Of a stretch of DNA of 64,000 nt, positions 37,971 through 50,535 are shown in pieces. How positions within the stretch are numbered: position 1 is the first letter of the stretch; each line of letters begins with the position of its first letter. Both the position numbers and the translations under genes were made by a program. Below the pieces are notes generated by a model. The model was not told the origin of the DNA. It saw nothing but the letters and a program-made list of their open reading frames with translations, and searched no databases. Source of the DNA: Octopus bimaculoides (Eukaryota); assembly GCF_001194135.2 (NCBI RefSeq), contig NC_068982.1, positions 59,860,815-59,924,814 on the forward strand. Reading direction: 5' to 3'.

Positions 37971-39959
37971 GTAAATTGTAGTGTGTAAGTTTTTATCCGA
38001 ATTTAATAGCAGCATAGAAAAAAAAATAAGCATCACAACTTCTCATTTCATCTGTTGTATTGCAGTAAGACACTATACTTAATTAAGAAGTCATTATTGT
38101 TTGTAAATGTTTTCTTTATAATTTGAAGAAACAGATGAATAAATCAAAGATTGGGTGAGATTGAACTGATGCTCAAATGTTTATAGGGCTAGAAGCAATA
38201 TTTATACCATACATAGAATGGTTAAATTCATTCTTGTAATAGCCCTCAAATTTTTAGAGGTTTAACAAATTGTTTTGAGTAACTACATTAGCAAGATTGA
38301 TTTTTTTCAATTCTATAATTTGAATAACAGTTGTCTTAGCTGTTTTTCCTATCTAGCATAATTGTTCTGGCACTGAGACAAATATCTGAGGGGATAATGA
38401 GATCTGGGAAAGAACACAAGTGATTCAACAGGAAAATGTATGTTTACATACATGTGTTTATTTCGTTTCTACATCCATTTGGCAAAGATGAAGTCTAAAA
38501 TATTAAAAGCTCTTTAAGAAGAAAGTAAATGTGAACAAATGAGGAAGAAAAGGAAGAAAACAATAAGAGTTAATGATTAGGATAATAATGATGATGATAA
38601 TGAGGACAAGCAGAAATAACAATATCCATAAATTTGGTCTTTAGCAACAAATTGAAAGTATTATAATTTATGGTCTATGAATTTGGATGTTGATGCCATA
38701 GTTGTTACATATAATGGTAAAATAGAAATGAGAAAGTAATAAAGTTGATTCAAATAAAGAAATTGTAAGAAAGTAGAGATATTATTATGACAGGTGTCAA
38801 AAAAAAAAAAAGAACAAGAGAATAAAAAGCAATGTAACATAGAGCATATTCCAAAATTCTGGTAAATTTTGTAAACAAAGGAAGCAGTGATTTTGATTCT
38901 TGAACTATTAGGTAAAATATAAAATGTACACAGAAAAACAAGCATTGGAATACATTGCAGTTTTCAAGAATGATAAATGAGAACACTAAACATTTGATTT
39001 TTCATGGAAACATCAGATCATGAGATAATCTCAACAGGATGATTTGATTGTTTGAAGACTATATTTAGATTAATAGTATAGGTAAAAAGAGTTAAAAATG
39101 ATAGCACTGACCTCACTGTTTTTTTTTTGTTTTTTTTTTTCTTACAACAATCTAGAGATTACAGATAAAAATGAAAGGATGTATAGATAAATTTTAAACA
39201 TTAACAAATCTAAGCTCTGTTCAATTCAATTTGTCAAAGTAGTTGTACAAATACAATTAAAAGTACAACAAACATTAAATGGAGAAAGAATTCAGTTGGC
39301 AACTCAGCATTAGTTTCACTTAAATGAACATTATTAGATAAGAGAAATTTAAATAACAATAAAAGTTAAGAATGTGATAACATGAATCTTAGAGACAAAA
39401 CAAATTTATTGTCCTTTGCAAACAATAAACTCCATTGTATTTATTATAATCATTATTTTAGTGTCCATTTTTCCAATGTTGCATGAGTCTAAAATACAGT
39501 ATCTACCATGTATCTGTGTGGCTCAACATTCTCAGATTTGACATAACCACTGACTCTTAAATATTCTTTTGTCTACCTCTAATACAAGCACCGTCTACTG
39601 TCAACACATATTATTTCCACTCAGCATCTATTATCCATTTTATTACATAAAAAAAGCTGCAGTCATCTCTCTCTCTTTCTTTCTTTCTATTCTTCTCCCC
39701 CTCTATCTATCTCTCTTTCTGCTTAGCACATATAGAAGACAATACCCATAGCACCTCATCACCTTTTCAACTCTCTTTTCTAGTAAGTTAATGATACATA
39801 TCCAATAAACCAATCTCAGCCCATTCGTCTTCAATAACTGTATACCTTCTGCATTCACAACTCATGTAAAACATCTCACACACACACATACACACACAAT
39901 GCACTCACACACGCATATACATGCATACATGCACATACAATTGTTACTGTCTACTTTCT

Positions 39960-40280
39960 GCTCATAACAACATCCTTTTATTGCTGATAAAAGTAACAGT
40001 TTCCTGAACTACTTACTTCATCCAATCTGTGACCACTGCAATTTCCCTACAACCATTCCTGAATTATATTCCCTAGGTAATGCAAGCTATCCACTACTTC
40101 TCATAAACCAACCTGTGTAATTCAAATGCGTCTCTTCGGCACCTTCTGTAAATCCATCAAATGAATTTCAGCCAACAGCAATCTTGTATACCAAGGACAT
40201 TTTTCTGTCATAGTGGGATTTCATATCCTTTGCTACCAGTACATTAGTATTCATCATTTTTACTTTCAGTTTACTGTCTT
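39960..40280 (-). mobile_element. RTE-like RT remnant
   Basis: Minus strand EVVDSLHYLGNI resembles the E.V..F.YLG motif; degenerate. Confidence 0.55.
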
Positions 40281-40611
40281 GGCATTATTATACTCTATCA
40301 AATGTTGAACGTATCTCACAGTTTGTTTTAACAGATTAAGTGTATAGAAGTTCAATAGGAAATATAATCCTGATATTCTTAATTCATTGTATCATTAACT
40401 ATTATGAAAAGCAATAAACAGAAGTGATATGATGAATGTCAAACAGCATATTAAGCTCCTCATTGAGTTCGTTATGCTTTCCCCATTTCTTCAAAGCATC
40501 ATCATGAATATGACCTGAATTGCTCCTAAGATATGTGCATCTATACTAAATTTATTTCATTTCCACCAGTTTAATCTGGGTCAAAGTCCTTTATATATCT
40601 TTTAGCTATTT

Positions 40612-40975
40612 CAGTCACTAGATCGTTGCCATGCTGAGGAACCACCTTAAAGAACTTCTTTAGTAGAATGAACTGACCCTAGTACCTTTTTTAAAGCCTG
40701 GTACTTATTCTATCAGTCTATTTTTACTGAACCTCTATGTTATGGGAACATAAACAAACCTACACCGGTTGTCAAGCAGTGGTGAGGGACAAGCACACAC
40801 ACACACATCAGGTTTCCTTCAGATTCGACTCCCTCAGCCAAATCCACTCACAAGGCTTTGGTCAGCCTGAGGCTATAGCAGAAGATACTTGCCCAAGATG
40901 CCATGCAGTGGGACTAGACCCAGAAGCATATGGTTGGGAAGCAAACGTCTTACCACACAGCTATGCCTGCACCTA
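40612..40975 (-). mobile_element. SINE family A
   Basis: Reverse complement of family A head and tail. Confidence 0.8.
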
Positions 40976-41085
40976 AATGCAAAATAAAGGCTGGTTGTTT
41001 TCAACATGAACTTGTTGCAGTTATCTCAGCTGAAATATAGTTCTTGTACACACACTCCAGTTCCTTCCTAATTTTATAAATTCAC

Positions 41086-41194
41086 TTTGAGTCATCCATG
41101 AATATAGCATCTTCCAGCACAGCCAGATCATCTAAACTAGTAGATAGAGCAAGAAGTTCTAACATTGACGCTTTTAGATTTTCAACTCTTGTCC
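41086..41194 (-). CDS. Candidate coding exon (GTRVENLKASMLELLALSTSLDDLAVLEDAIFMDDS)
   Basis: ttttcttttgaattcaattag| acceptor, 109-nt open frame bounded by in-frame stops just outside, donor CAAA|gtgaat, protein-like L/D/E composition. No homolog recognised. Confidence 0.3.
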
Positions 41195-41678
41195 CTAATT
41201 GAATTCAAAAGAAAATTTCTGTCATCATATCTTTAATTGGTTATAGTCCATATTTATACCAGCTATTATATTGGTCTGCTGAAGATAGGTTCCCAATCTT
41301 CTATTTATTCCACTTATTCAACAATCAATCATAGAGATATTTCTAATTATTCTTTTTGCCATTTCAATTTTAATAAAGTACTATGTCATTCAATTTGAAA
41401 TGCTTTCCACTGACATTAGCTGAAAATAAAGAAACCCTAGTGGGCATTATTTTGAACCGCATTACTTTGACATATTCATTCTAACTCTCTGGGATCTAAG
41501 TTCAGGTCCCATCAAGGTCGTCTTTAATGTTCACTTTTTGAGGTTGATGCATAACAGTCTAGTACTGGGCTCAGTTCTCCCCTTTCTTTTTGGATTGTAT
41601 CATTATTTCAAAAGTTCAATCTTATCTTAATGTACATTATTTACATTGGATAGATGTGTCTTCATCTTCTTTGTTGTT

Positions 41679-41724
41679 ACCACAACGTTTCGGCTGATTT
41701 ACTCTCCAGCCTTCATCAGGTGTC
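41679..41724 (-). ncRNA. Minimal type I hammerhead ribozyme motif (Penelope-type)
   Basis: Minus strand GACAC-CUGAUGA-A-GGCUG(gagagtaaat)CAGCC-GAAA-CGUU-GUG: intact core, 5-bp stem II, palindromic ACGU stem III, 3-bp stem I (CAC/GUG). Confidence 0.7.
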
Positions 41725-41827
41725 CTGGTGGAATTTTGAACCCAACCTTTGGTTCTCATTCCTAAGGAATTCTTTTGCTGATGTTATCATTATTATTATT
41801 GTTATTATTTATTCAAAATTCCACCGG

Positions 41828-41873
41828 GACACCTGATGAAGGCTGGTGAGTAAACCAGCTGAAATGTTGTGGT
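41828..41873 (+). ncRNA. Second hammerhead motif, partly decayed
   Basis: GACAC-CUGAUGA-A-GGCUG(gtgagtaaac)CAGCU-GAAA-UGUU-GUG; the changes look like CpG transitions and give G.U wobbles. Confidence 0.5.
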
Positions 41874-42044
41874 AACAACAAACAAGCTAGGGACACATAT
41901 CTGTCCAACGTAAATAATGTTCAGTATTCCTCATCTCTAAAATATAGAATAGTCTTATCTTAATGTGTAATGCTGATTTGATCTGGAAAACTGTATTAAG
42001 GGTACAATGTGCCTGTGGAGTACTCAAGTACTAATATGAGTGAA

Positions 42045-42365
42045 AGTGTGTGCCTTAGTGGTTAGGGTATTTGACTCACGATTGTAAGGTCATCAGGTTA
42101 ATTCGTAGTAGTGCATCATATTTTTGAGCAAGACATTTTATTTCTCATTGCTCCAGTGCACCCAGCTAGCAAAATGTGTTGTACCTGTAATCCAAAGGTC
42201 CAGCCTTGTCACATTCTGTGTCGTGCAATATCTCCCTGAGAACTACGTTAAGGGTGCATGTGTCTGTGGACTGCTCAGCCACTTGCACATTAATTCCATT
42301 AGCAGGCTGTTTCATTGATCAAATCAACTGGAACACATGTTGTCATAACCAATAGAGGGCCAGTT
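42045..42365 (+). mobile_element. Chimeric SINE: family E-type head with family B tail
   Basis: gtgccttagtggttagggtatttgactcacg...ttgagcaagacatttta, then aaaggtccagccttgtcacattctgtgtc...gctcagccacttgcac. Confidence 0.7.
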
Positions 42366-42700
42366 ACTAAGACGTTAGTTTTAGAAGAAGGAATTCTGTT
42401 GATCATGCAGCTGAATGTTCCTCAGTCGAACTGACAAGGAATCTTTGACACTGATTGAGGGAAAATTTTCATATCAAATAGAAAACCAAAGACGCTTTAA
42501 CTGTAATTGTTGTTGTATATTGTAAATAGAGTGTGACTTACATAAAATACATATATTTCAGCCTTTTTATAAACCCTTCACTGGAATCATTGAACAGATG
42601 ATATATATATATATATATATCATCGAGATATATTGAGATAAGCAATTCAATAAGCTACTGTAGAGTTATTTCAATTAAGTTAACTTAATTAACGTATATT

Positions 42701-42776
42701 ATACTCAATTGATTGAACTATATAACAGTATACTCAATCGATTAGACTATATAACAGTATACTCAATTGATTGGAA
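42701..42776. repeat. 29-bp minisatellite, about 2.6 copies
   Basis: atactcaattgattgaactatataacagt / atactcaatcgattagactatataacagt / atactcaattgattggaa. Confidence 0.9.
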
Positions 42777-42788
42777 TAATTATTCAAG

Positions 42789-42950
42789 GAACTGTACCAG
42801 CCTGAAGAACTAGAACGGTTTTCTTCTATCTACTCTGAAGAAGAAAAGTTACTCTTATTTTTGGAACATTTTGAAAATAAACCCATTCTAACTGCAATAC
42901 GAATGCTACTGAGTCAAATAGAGTTGTTCTTAAGGAAGCCATCACTTGCA
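42789..42950 (+). CDS. Candidate coding exon or transposon ORF relic (ELYQPEELERFSSIYSEEEKLLLFLEHFENKPILTAIRMLLSQIELFLRKPSLA)
   Basis: 54 open codons, E/L-rich and helical; ttattcaag| acceptor and GCA|gtaata donor are both modest. Confidence 0.25.
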
Positions 42951-43047
42951 GTAATATATAGTTAAGACAACCAGGGAAGGTTTTATATGATCACATGACC
43001 TACTAAGAATAAGAGTCAAATTTGAAGAAAAATAAGCTATGAATAAG

Positions 43048-43420
43048 TGCAGGCATAGCTGTGTGATAAGAAGCTTGCCTCCTAACCACATAGTTTAGGG
43101 TCCAATTCCATTGCATTCCATCTTTGGCAAGTATCTTCTACTATAACCTCAGGCCAACCAAAGCCTTGTGAGTGGATTTGGTAGACGGAAACTGAAAGAA
43201 GCCTGTCGTACGTGTGTGTGTGTCCCCCACCACTACTACTTGACAACTAGTACTGGTGTGTTTACATCCCTGTAAGTTAGCAGTTCAGCAAAATAACCAA
43301 TAGAATAAGTACCAGGCTTTAAAAAAATAAGAACTAGGGTTGATACATTCAACTAAAATTTCTTCAAGGTGATGCCCCAGCATGGCTGTAGTCTAATGAC
43401 TGAAACGAGTAAAAGATAAG
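43048..43420 (+). mobile_element. SINE family A
   Basis: gtgcaggcatagctgtgtgataagaagc...gatttggtagacggaaactgaaagaagcc...cccagcatggctgtagtc. Confidence 0.85.
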
Positions 43421-45208
43421 ATTGGTAGCAGAGCTTGCATCAACATGCCAGCAGTATCTACCAACATTGAGAGATAGTACTGTGGAAGTAAATACACACA
43501 AATATTATACTTAATAAAAGTTTACTTTCTCTAAAATAAACTAAGCATCCACCCTGATTGAATGAAAACAAAATCGGTTTATGTCTTATTCATCTGTGAG
43601 CCTAAACTGCCTTTGACACATTTACAAGCCTTTCATAAATTGGTTAAAATTTTTAATTTGTATGCAAATACTCTAGTACGAAGTTTTGGATTTAGAAAAT
43701 AAATGTAAATTTTAAACTATCTTTTAGATGATGTTTCAGTAAGACAGTGAGCTGACAGAATCATTAACACACCAGGCAAAAATACTTAACAACATTTCGT
43801 CTGCCTTTACATTCTGAGTTCAAATTGCACTGATTCTTTTGGGGGCAACAAAATAAGTTCCAGTTGAGCACTGGGGCTCAGTAATATCAACTTACCCCTT
43901 GCCCCAAATTAATGGCATTATGCCAAAATTTGTTATACAGGCATGTTATCCTTAAATATTATCTTCAATTTTATTTAGATATGAAATTATTAAAATTACT
44001 CATTATATATAATAGCTGTGTCTCTTAGAGAAGATCTATCAAGTTAGAAAGATGACTACTTTTTAGTGAAGAGTAAATGCCATAATTTACATATTCAAAT
44101 GTTATGTTTTGGATTTATATGAATCACTGTGGAGTAATTTGTCAACATACCCTATGTTCCAACCAGCCATTAACCTTCAATTATGTGAAATGTTTGATAA
44201 TTTGTAATGTGACCTTATATGTGTGCACCTTTCAAAAGACTTTTGACCTGATACAGAAATACTGCTTCAACGAGGGCTGATTATATTAGCAATTAATCAA
44301 TGACTATTAAGATTTATGTAAATGCTTTTGTTTCAAATTGTTGCACATACCAGCCATTTTAAAACTATATTACCAACTTGTTATTAACTTATTGTTAGAA
44401 AAACAATATTTTTTTAAAATCATCTTATAAATTAGCAATGAGTTAAAGTGTAAAGAAAATCATTTTCATTGGCTTCTAACTGGAATTAGCAACTTGTTAT
44501 AAGCCATTGTGTAAAGGCCCCACTTCTTTTCATCAAAATTTCTTTGCTGTATTGAATTCATAAAAAAAAAAATGTACTTGATTTAATCAATGATTAGCTG
44601 TAAAAATTAATTCATTATTACTTTGTAATTAATTAGACACTTCAAAAATAAATAATGAGCATTGATTTGAAAGCAAATAAAAGCTGTTAGTAAGGAAATC
44701 AAAATAGTCTTTGAAAACATCAAACTTGACTTTAAACTGCAATGTTTTTTTTTTTAAATTGTAAGGTTTTATTGCGTCATATCTTCTCTGAAAGACTTGT
44801 GTCAAAAGGCTTCATAAAAAAAAAGAACAAAATCTGACGTCATTTTGTAAATTATATTAACTATAAAATAGTTTAATTCATTAATAAAGAGTCCTTTGAA
44901 TTATTATAAAAACATGTCAAAATACTTTAAAGCTTTCAATTTTTATTGTAAGTTTTATAATTTAATTTAAATTATTAAATTCGTCCTATTTTTGATCCTT
45001 ACCATGAGACAATAATGAGTAGTGGATCCTGAGTCATTTTAACTAAACATGCAAAAAACTGGTGCTTTCACTTGGGAATTTTACCTATACTGCTGTATTT
45101 GATGACTAGTGGGGGTAGGTACATCAGAGAAACACTAAATGCTTACTTCGATATAATAATTTTTGCCTTTATATATACAGGAGAAAGAATATGTGAATTT
45201 GTCTACAG

Positions 45209-45330
<122 letters not shown>

Positions 45331-45400
45331 AAGTATATATTTATGGAACAACATATGTAAACAAACACTTTTTGTGTTTAGAGGCATTGAATGCGTATTG

Positions 45401-45633
45401 TATTATATGGACAAGAAGGTAATATTCTGAATACAGTATAGCCATGAAAACAGCAGAATGGCCCATTTAACCTAATGGTAGAGTACTCAGCCAGTATCTG
45501 AGAGGTGTAGGTTCAAGTCCCATGGCTGTCTGCTGACAACCTTTTCCTTTTTATAAGGGTAATAATACCCAATCTTTCTGTTGTTTTCACAGTTATACTG
45601 TGTTCGAAATATTACCTTCTTGTCTGTATAATA
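45401..45633. mobile_element. 233-bp element with ~58-bp inverted termini enclosing a tRNA-like sequence
   Basis: tattatatggacaagaaggtaatattctgaatacagtatagccatgaaaacagcagaa (45401-45458) matches the reverse complement of 45576-45633. Confidence 0.75.
45460..45531 (+). pseudogene. tRNA-like (Thr, AGT-type loop) sequence; pseudo-tRNA or SINE head
   Basis: D-arm-like taacctaatggtagag, anticodon stem ctcag/ctgag with loop ccAGTat, B box ggttcaagtcc, downstream oligo-T; acceptor stem poorly paired. Confidence 0.55.
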
Positions 45634-46061
45634 TATATATATTCACACAGATACACATATTTATAAATACACATGTACATACATATATGAATACACACAC
45701 GCACACACACACACATACATACATACATACATGCATACATACATATATATGTATCAAATAAAAGACACAACCAAAAGTGCTACTAATAGTTTCATGCTAT
45801 TATGATACTTAAATAGGCATATTTATAAAATAAGCTATTTATCTTAGAACTACAAGTTTCTCTAACATCATCTATATTAAATTATTCAATGTTCGTAACA
45901 CATATATATGCATATAGAGATGGTGCTTCCTCTTATAGTCACTCTTTACCCCAACAAACTTGGGCTTCTAACATTTTCGGAGTATAAGTTTAAATCATTT
46001 GAGCACTACAGTTTTCTATTCTGATACTCTCTGGATCTCATTAATTGACTTTATATATGCA

Positions 46062-46108
<47 letters not shown>

Positions 46109-46563
46109 ATGTGTGTTTTATGTCTATAAATGCACAATCATAGCTGAGTGCAAAAATGGCAGTGTGGTTAAGAAGTTTCATTAGCATGTTGTTTTAGATT
46201 TGATCCCTCCGTAAGGTACAAGTGTCCTCTGCAGCCCCAGACCAATCAATGTAAGCTAAAGTTTCTTTCTCAAGTCATACTGACTCATAAGGGCCAGTTT
46301 CCCAATTTCCATGGCATATATATTCCCTACCTGGATGGGATGCCAGTCCGTCGCAGAGTTACTCAATTTTACCAGCTGAGTAAACTGGAGCAATGTGAAA
46401 TGAAGTGATTTGCTCAAGAACACATGTTGCCTAGTTCAGGAATCGAAGCTACAATCTTACAATCATGAGCCCAACACTCTAACCATTAAGCCACGCACCT
46501 CTATTAGGCCAATCAATGATATGTTAGTGAACTTGGAACTGAAGGGAACCTATACAAAACCTA

Positions 46564-46565
<2 letters not shown>

Positions 46566-46626
<61 letters not shown>

Positions 46627-46695
46627 TATGTGTGCGCATGTGTGTACATGTGTGTGTGTGTGTGTGTGTGCAACCGTGTGTGTGTGTGTGTGTAT
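46566..46695. repeat. (CA)n followed by (TG)n, a self-complementary microsatellite pair
   Basis: Direct reading. Confidence 0.9.
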
Positions 46696-46950
46696 GAATG
46701 TTCACACTTTGTAATTGCATGAAAAACAATCACCGAGCTGGTGTTGTCTGTTTACATTTTCCAGTCAACAAATTATTCAGTAGTCTTGTTCCTTCGAAGG
46801 TAAATAGAATGAAACACCCCTCTTGTAAAAACAGGTTAGATTAACTACAGGGAAGGGCATCTGGCAATAAAATGATACCTCAACAATATATGTATTCATG
46901 AAACCCATGCTAGCATGGAAAATATGGTTGTGAAGCAAATTAACAAATAT

Positions 46951-47105
46951 AGGTGCAGGTATGGTTGTGTAGTAAGAAGTTTGCTTCCTCACTACATGGT
47001 TCCAGGTTCAGTCCCACTGTAAGGTACCCTTTACAAATGTCTTCTACTATAGCCTTTAAAGCCTTGTGAGTGGATTTGGTAGATGGAAGCTGAAAGAAAC
47101 CCTCC
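46951..47105 (+). mobile_element. SINE family A, 5' half
   Basis: aggtgcaggtatggttgtgtagtaagaag...ccaggttcagtcccactg. Confidence 0.75.
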
Positions 47106-47139
<34 letters not shown>

Positions 47140-49231
47140 ATATTCCTGCATAGTCAATGCTTTTGAGGTAGAATAATATTAATTATACGAAAATAATTTT
47201 CTTAATTTTCTATCTTGGAATTAAACCTTAAATAGCAATGCATTGCAGTGAGAAAGCGTTGCATACTTTTCTTTCCCTTATAAATTAATTAATTATTTAA
47301 TTATTAATACCACTTAATACTGCTGCTGTCATTTTCATTCATTATTTTGGCTCAAACAATAGTAAGAAGGTAGCCAACTTATAATTAAAGTGAAATTAGT
47401 TTTACCATATTCAAAATAGTAAACACTAAACAGAGCATTAGAATTTGCTACAGCAGTGGGCAAAGTTAATGTGAATTGATCCTTTATCTGTCCAAACTAC
47501 TTTGCTAAGTTTGTCAAGATGTCCTTGTGTGTTTTCAGACTTTTAGTTAATCCTTCTTTCATTCGTTCTGAGTAATAGAAAGCTTTCTTTTCGTAAGCCC
47601 CAAGTTATTCTGTTGTTGAAAAAAATTGGAAATTTGTATCATATATGAAGCAAAGATGCCAGGAAAATGTCCTGTACATCACTTGTAATACACAGGACAG
47701 GCAAAGGGTTAATGAATATGTTTTCAATTATTCCAAGTACAGGAGACACTTCTGTACATGTTTCAATCTTTTTACACCTCCTCAGTAAAGCATAAACTTT
47801 ACTATACTTACTGAAGCAGGGGTGTACATAAGCAGACATTGGAATTTGCATATTTTTAAAAAGTTAATTTTTGAAAAAATTAGTTTAGGATGCCACCAAC
47901 CCTAATGAAAAGCAATAGACAAGTTAGTGTTACTATAAGCAGATCAAAGTTCATACAACACAGATATATTCAAAATTTGTTTTGTCCTGATATAGTTGCT
48001 GATACCCTCCTGATTCTGCTGCTGATATTACCGCTATCATTCCCACAACCACTACCACCACCACCACCACTACTATTACACAGTTTAACAGCATAATGAA
48101 CAAAATTATAGATTCCATAGATTAGAACAAAGTTGATGAAAGGTTTAATTTAATCAATGGCATTGAACTGTTGTCATGTTTCAGTTTAATTAAAGCATTC
48201 ACAGTTCTGTTTATATTAGAACAAAGATTAAATAATTGGATTAAATAGACAAAACAATTTTCCATGTTCCTCCTTTGTTTTTTTGTTTTTGTTTTTGTTT
48301 TGCTTTTTGTTTTTCTTTTCCTTTATATTTCCTTTTCCATTTATTGTCTCTAATCCAATCTCATGGGATATTGTACCTTTTAGTTGTTGTATGCATGTGA
48401 CTTCATAGCTTCAGTCGCCCTTTCTATATCCAGTGTTCACCTGACACTACTTCACATTTTGTTAGTCCTTTATTCTCTCTCTCTCTCTCTCTTCCTTAAT
48501 ATGGATTTCCATCGTTTTATCTCTTCTCTAAACATCTTGTCTTTTCTTACAGCTTCTTTGTTTGTAACCCCAGCTATTTTTCTCAATTTTGATCCTTGTT
48601 ACTTCTTCTTCTACTTGTTATTGCTGCTACTGTCACTATTGGTGTCCTTTAACCTTGGGTCAATTCTGATCCAACATACTTAGGATCACAAGCATTCCAG
48701 CCATGGGTAAGGATAATGATTCCCTTCAGTTATGAATAACCATGGGATGCATCTAGAAAGTTCCCTTCCAAGGCACAAATCAAATCAAGGTTGTTTATGG
48801 AAGACCAGCAGACACCCATGTATACCAACCTGCCGTCTCCATGCCACTGATGTTATCCAAGAGAAAGGCAAAGGTTGATACAGCTTGGCACAAGTGGTGT
48901 CACAATTCATTTCTACTGCTGAGTGAACTGGAACAATGTAAAATAAAGTGTCTTGCTGAAGAACATAACACACAGCCTGGTCCGGGAATCAAACTCACTA
49001 CCTCGTAATTGTGAGCCCGATGCTCTCAGCCATGACCATATCGTTTATTTGGTGTGTCTAGAACAACATTATAATTTAATGCAGTAACTATCAATCGGGA
49101 TGCATATGGCCTTGGGGGTCCATATAAGATATGGTTGTTTAAAATCATGTGCAATAAATTGGTTATTATTCAACAATACACAAAATATCTTAACAATTTT
49201 TTAATACAATTCCTAATAATATTTAATTATA

Positions 49232-49690
49232 TCATCATCATCATCATCGTTTAACGACCACTTTCCATGCTAGCATGGGTTCGACGATTTGACTGGGGAC
49301 TGGTGAACCAGATGACTGCACTAGGCTCCAATCTGATTTGGCAGAGTTTCTACAGCTGGATGCCCTTCCTAACGCCAACCACTCTGAGAGTGTAGTGGGT
49401 GCTTTTACGTGCCACTGGCACGAAGGCCAGTCAGGTGGTACTGGCAACGGCCATGCTCAAAATGGTGTATTTTACATGCCACCTGCACAGGAACCAGTCC
49501 AGCAGCACTGGCAATGATCTCGCTCAAATGTTTTTACACGTGCCACCGGCACAAGTACCAGGAAGGCGACGCTGGGCATAGGTGCCATCACGATTTCGCT
49601 TTCACTTGTCCCAACAGGTCTTCGCAAGCTGAGTTTCGTGTCCAATGAAGGAGACGACGTTGGCATGGGTGCCAGTCGTCGAATGGCATA
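49232..49690 (-). mobile_element. RTE-like LINE 3' end with repeated 3'UTR units (family C)
   Basis: Reverse-complement match to 32108-32547. Confidence 0.85.
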
Positions 49691-50119
49691 TAAAAAAGAA
49701 TAATAGAATTTTTAAGCATCAGATGATTATAAAGGTCCATCTGAGTAAAACTGGAATCAAAGAGATCCATAGGTAGAACATGGTTGAGAACCACTGATCT
49801 GATGTGCATCATTCCCTTCTTTAAGATAGGGAAATGAAATTAGTAATACATTTATCTGTCTATGCAATATATAATGGACAGATAGATAGACTGTGGGGTG
49901 GGAACTGATTAAGGATTTTATCTATTTACAGAGAGATTGTTTCTTATAGACACGAAACCTAAAAATTGGAGGAAAGAGATCTTGTCAATTAAATTGACTT
50001 TGGTACTGGTATTTTATTTTACTGGCCTGGAAGGGTGAAAGACAAAGGTGGCTTCTGCATGATTTGAACACAGAATGTAAAGAATAGGAACAAATAGTGT
50101 AAATGCATTTACTCATTTA

Positions 50120-50335
50120 TTTGTTTCAATCATTTGATTGCAGCTATGCTGGAGCACCACCTACAAGGGTTTTTAATCAAATGGATCAGCCCCAGTACTT
50201 ATTTCTTTCTAAAGCCTGGTACTTATTCTATCAGTATCTTTTTACCTGACCACTAAGTTACAGGGATGTAAACACACCAACACTAGTTGTTAAGTGGTGA
50301 TGGTGGGAACAAACACAAACACAAAGAGACACACT

Positions 50336-50380
<45 letters not shown>

Positions 50381-50535
50381 GGCTTCTTTCAGTTTCCGTC
50401 TACCAAATACACTCACAAAGCTTTGGTTGGCATGAGGTCATAGTAGCAGACACTTGTCCAAGCTGTCATGCAGTGGGACTGAACCTGAAACCATATGGTT
50501 GGCAAGCAAACTTCTTACCACACAGCCATGCTTCC
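50120..50535 (-). mobile_element. Full-length SINE family A
   Basis: Reverse complement of family A. Confidence 0.85.

Larger units (their letters stand above)
41634..41950. mobile_element. Inverted pair of Penelope-like terminal repeats (pLTR)
   Basis: Arms at about 41634-41740 and 41812-41920 are reverse complements of each other and match the Penelope-like terminus at 61645-61826. Confidence 0.8.

Noticed and set aside
38357-38437. 81-nt splice-bounded frame with an in-frame TGA (possible selenocysteine)
   Set aside because: No selenoprotein family motif and no SECIS seen; chance is more likely.
42701-42776. CRISPR-like 29-bp repeats
   Set aside because: Repeats are head-to-tail with no spacers, the context is eukaryotic, and there are no cas genes.
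45460-45531. Functional tRNA-Thr gene
   Set aside because: Acceptor and T stems are poorly paired and it sits inside a repeat, so it is kept only as tRNA-like.
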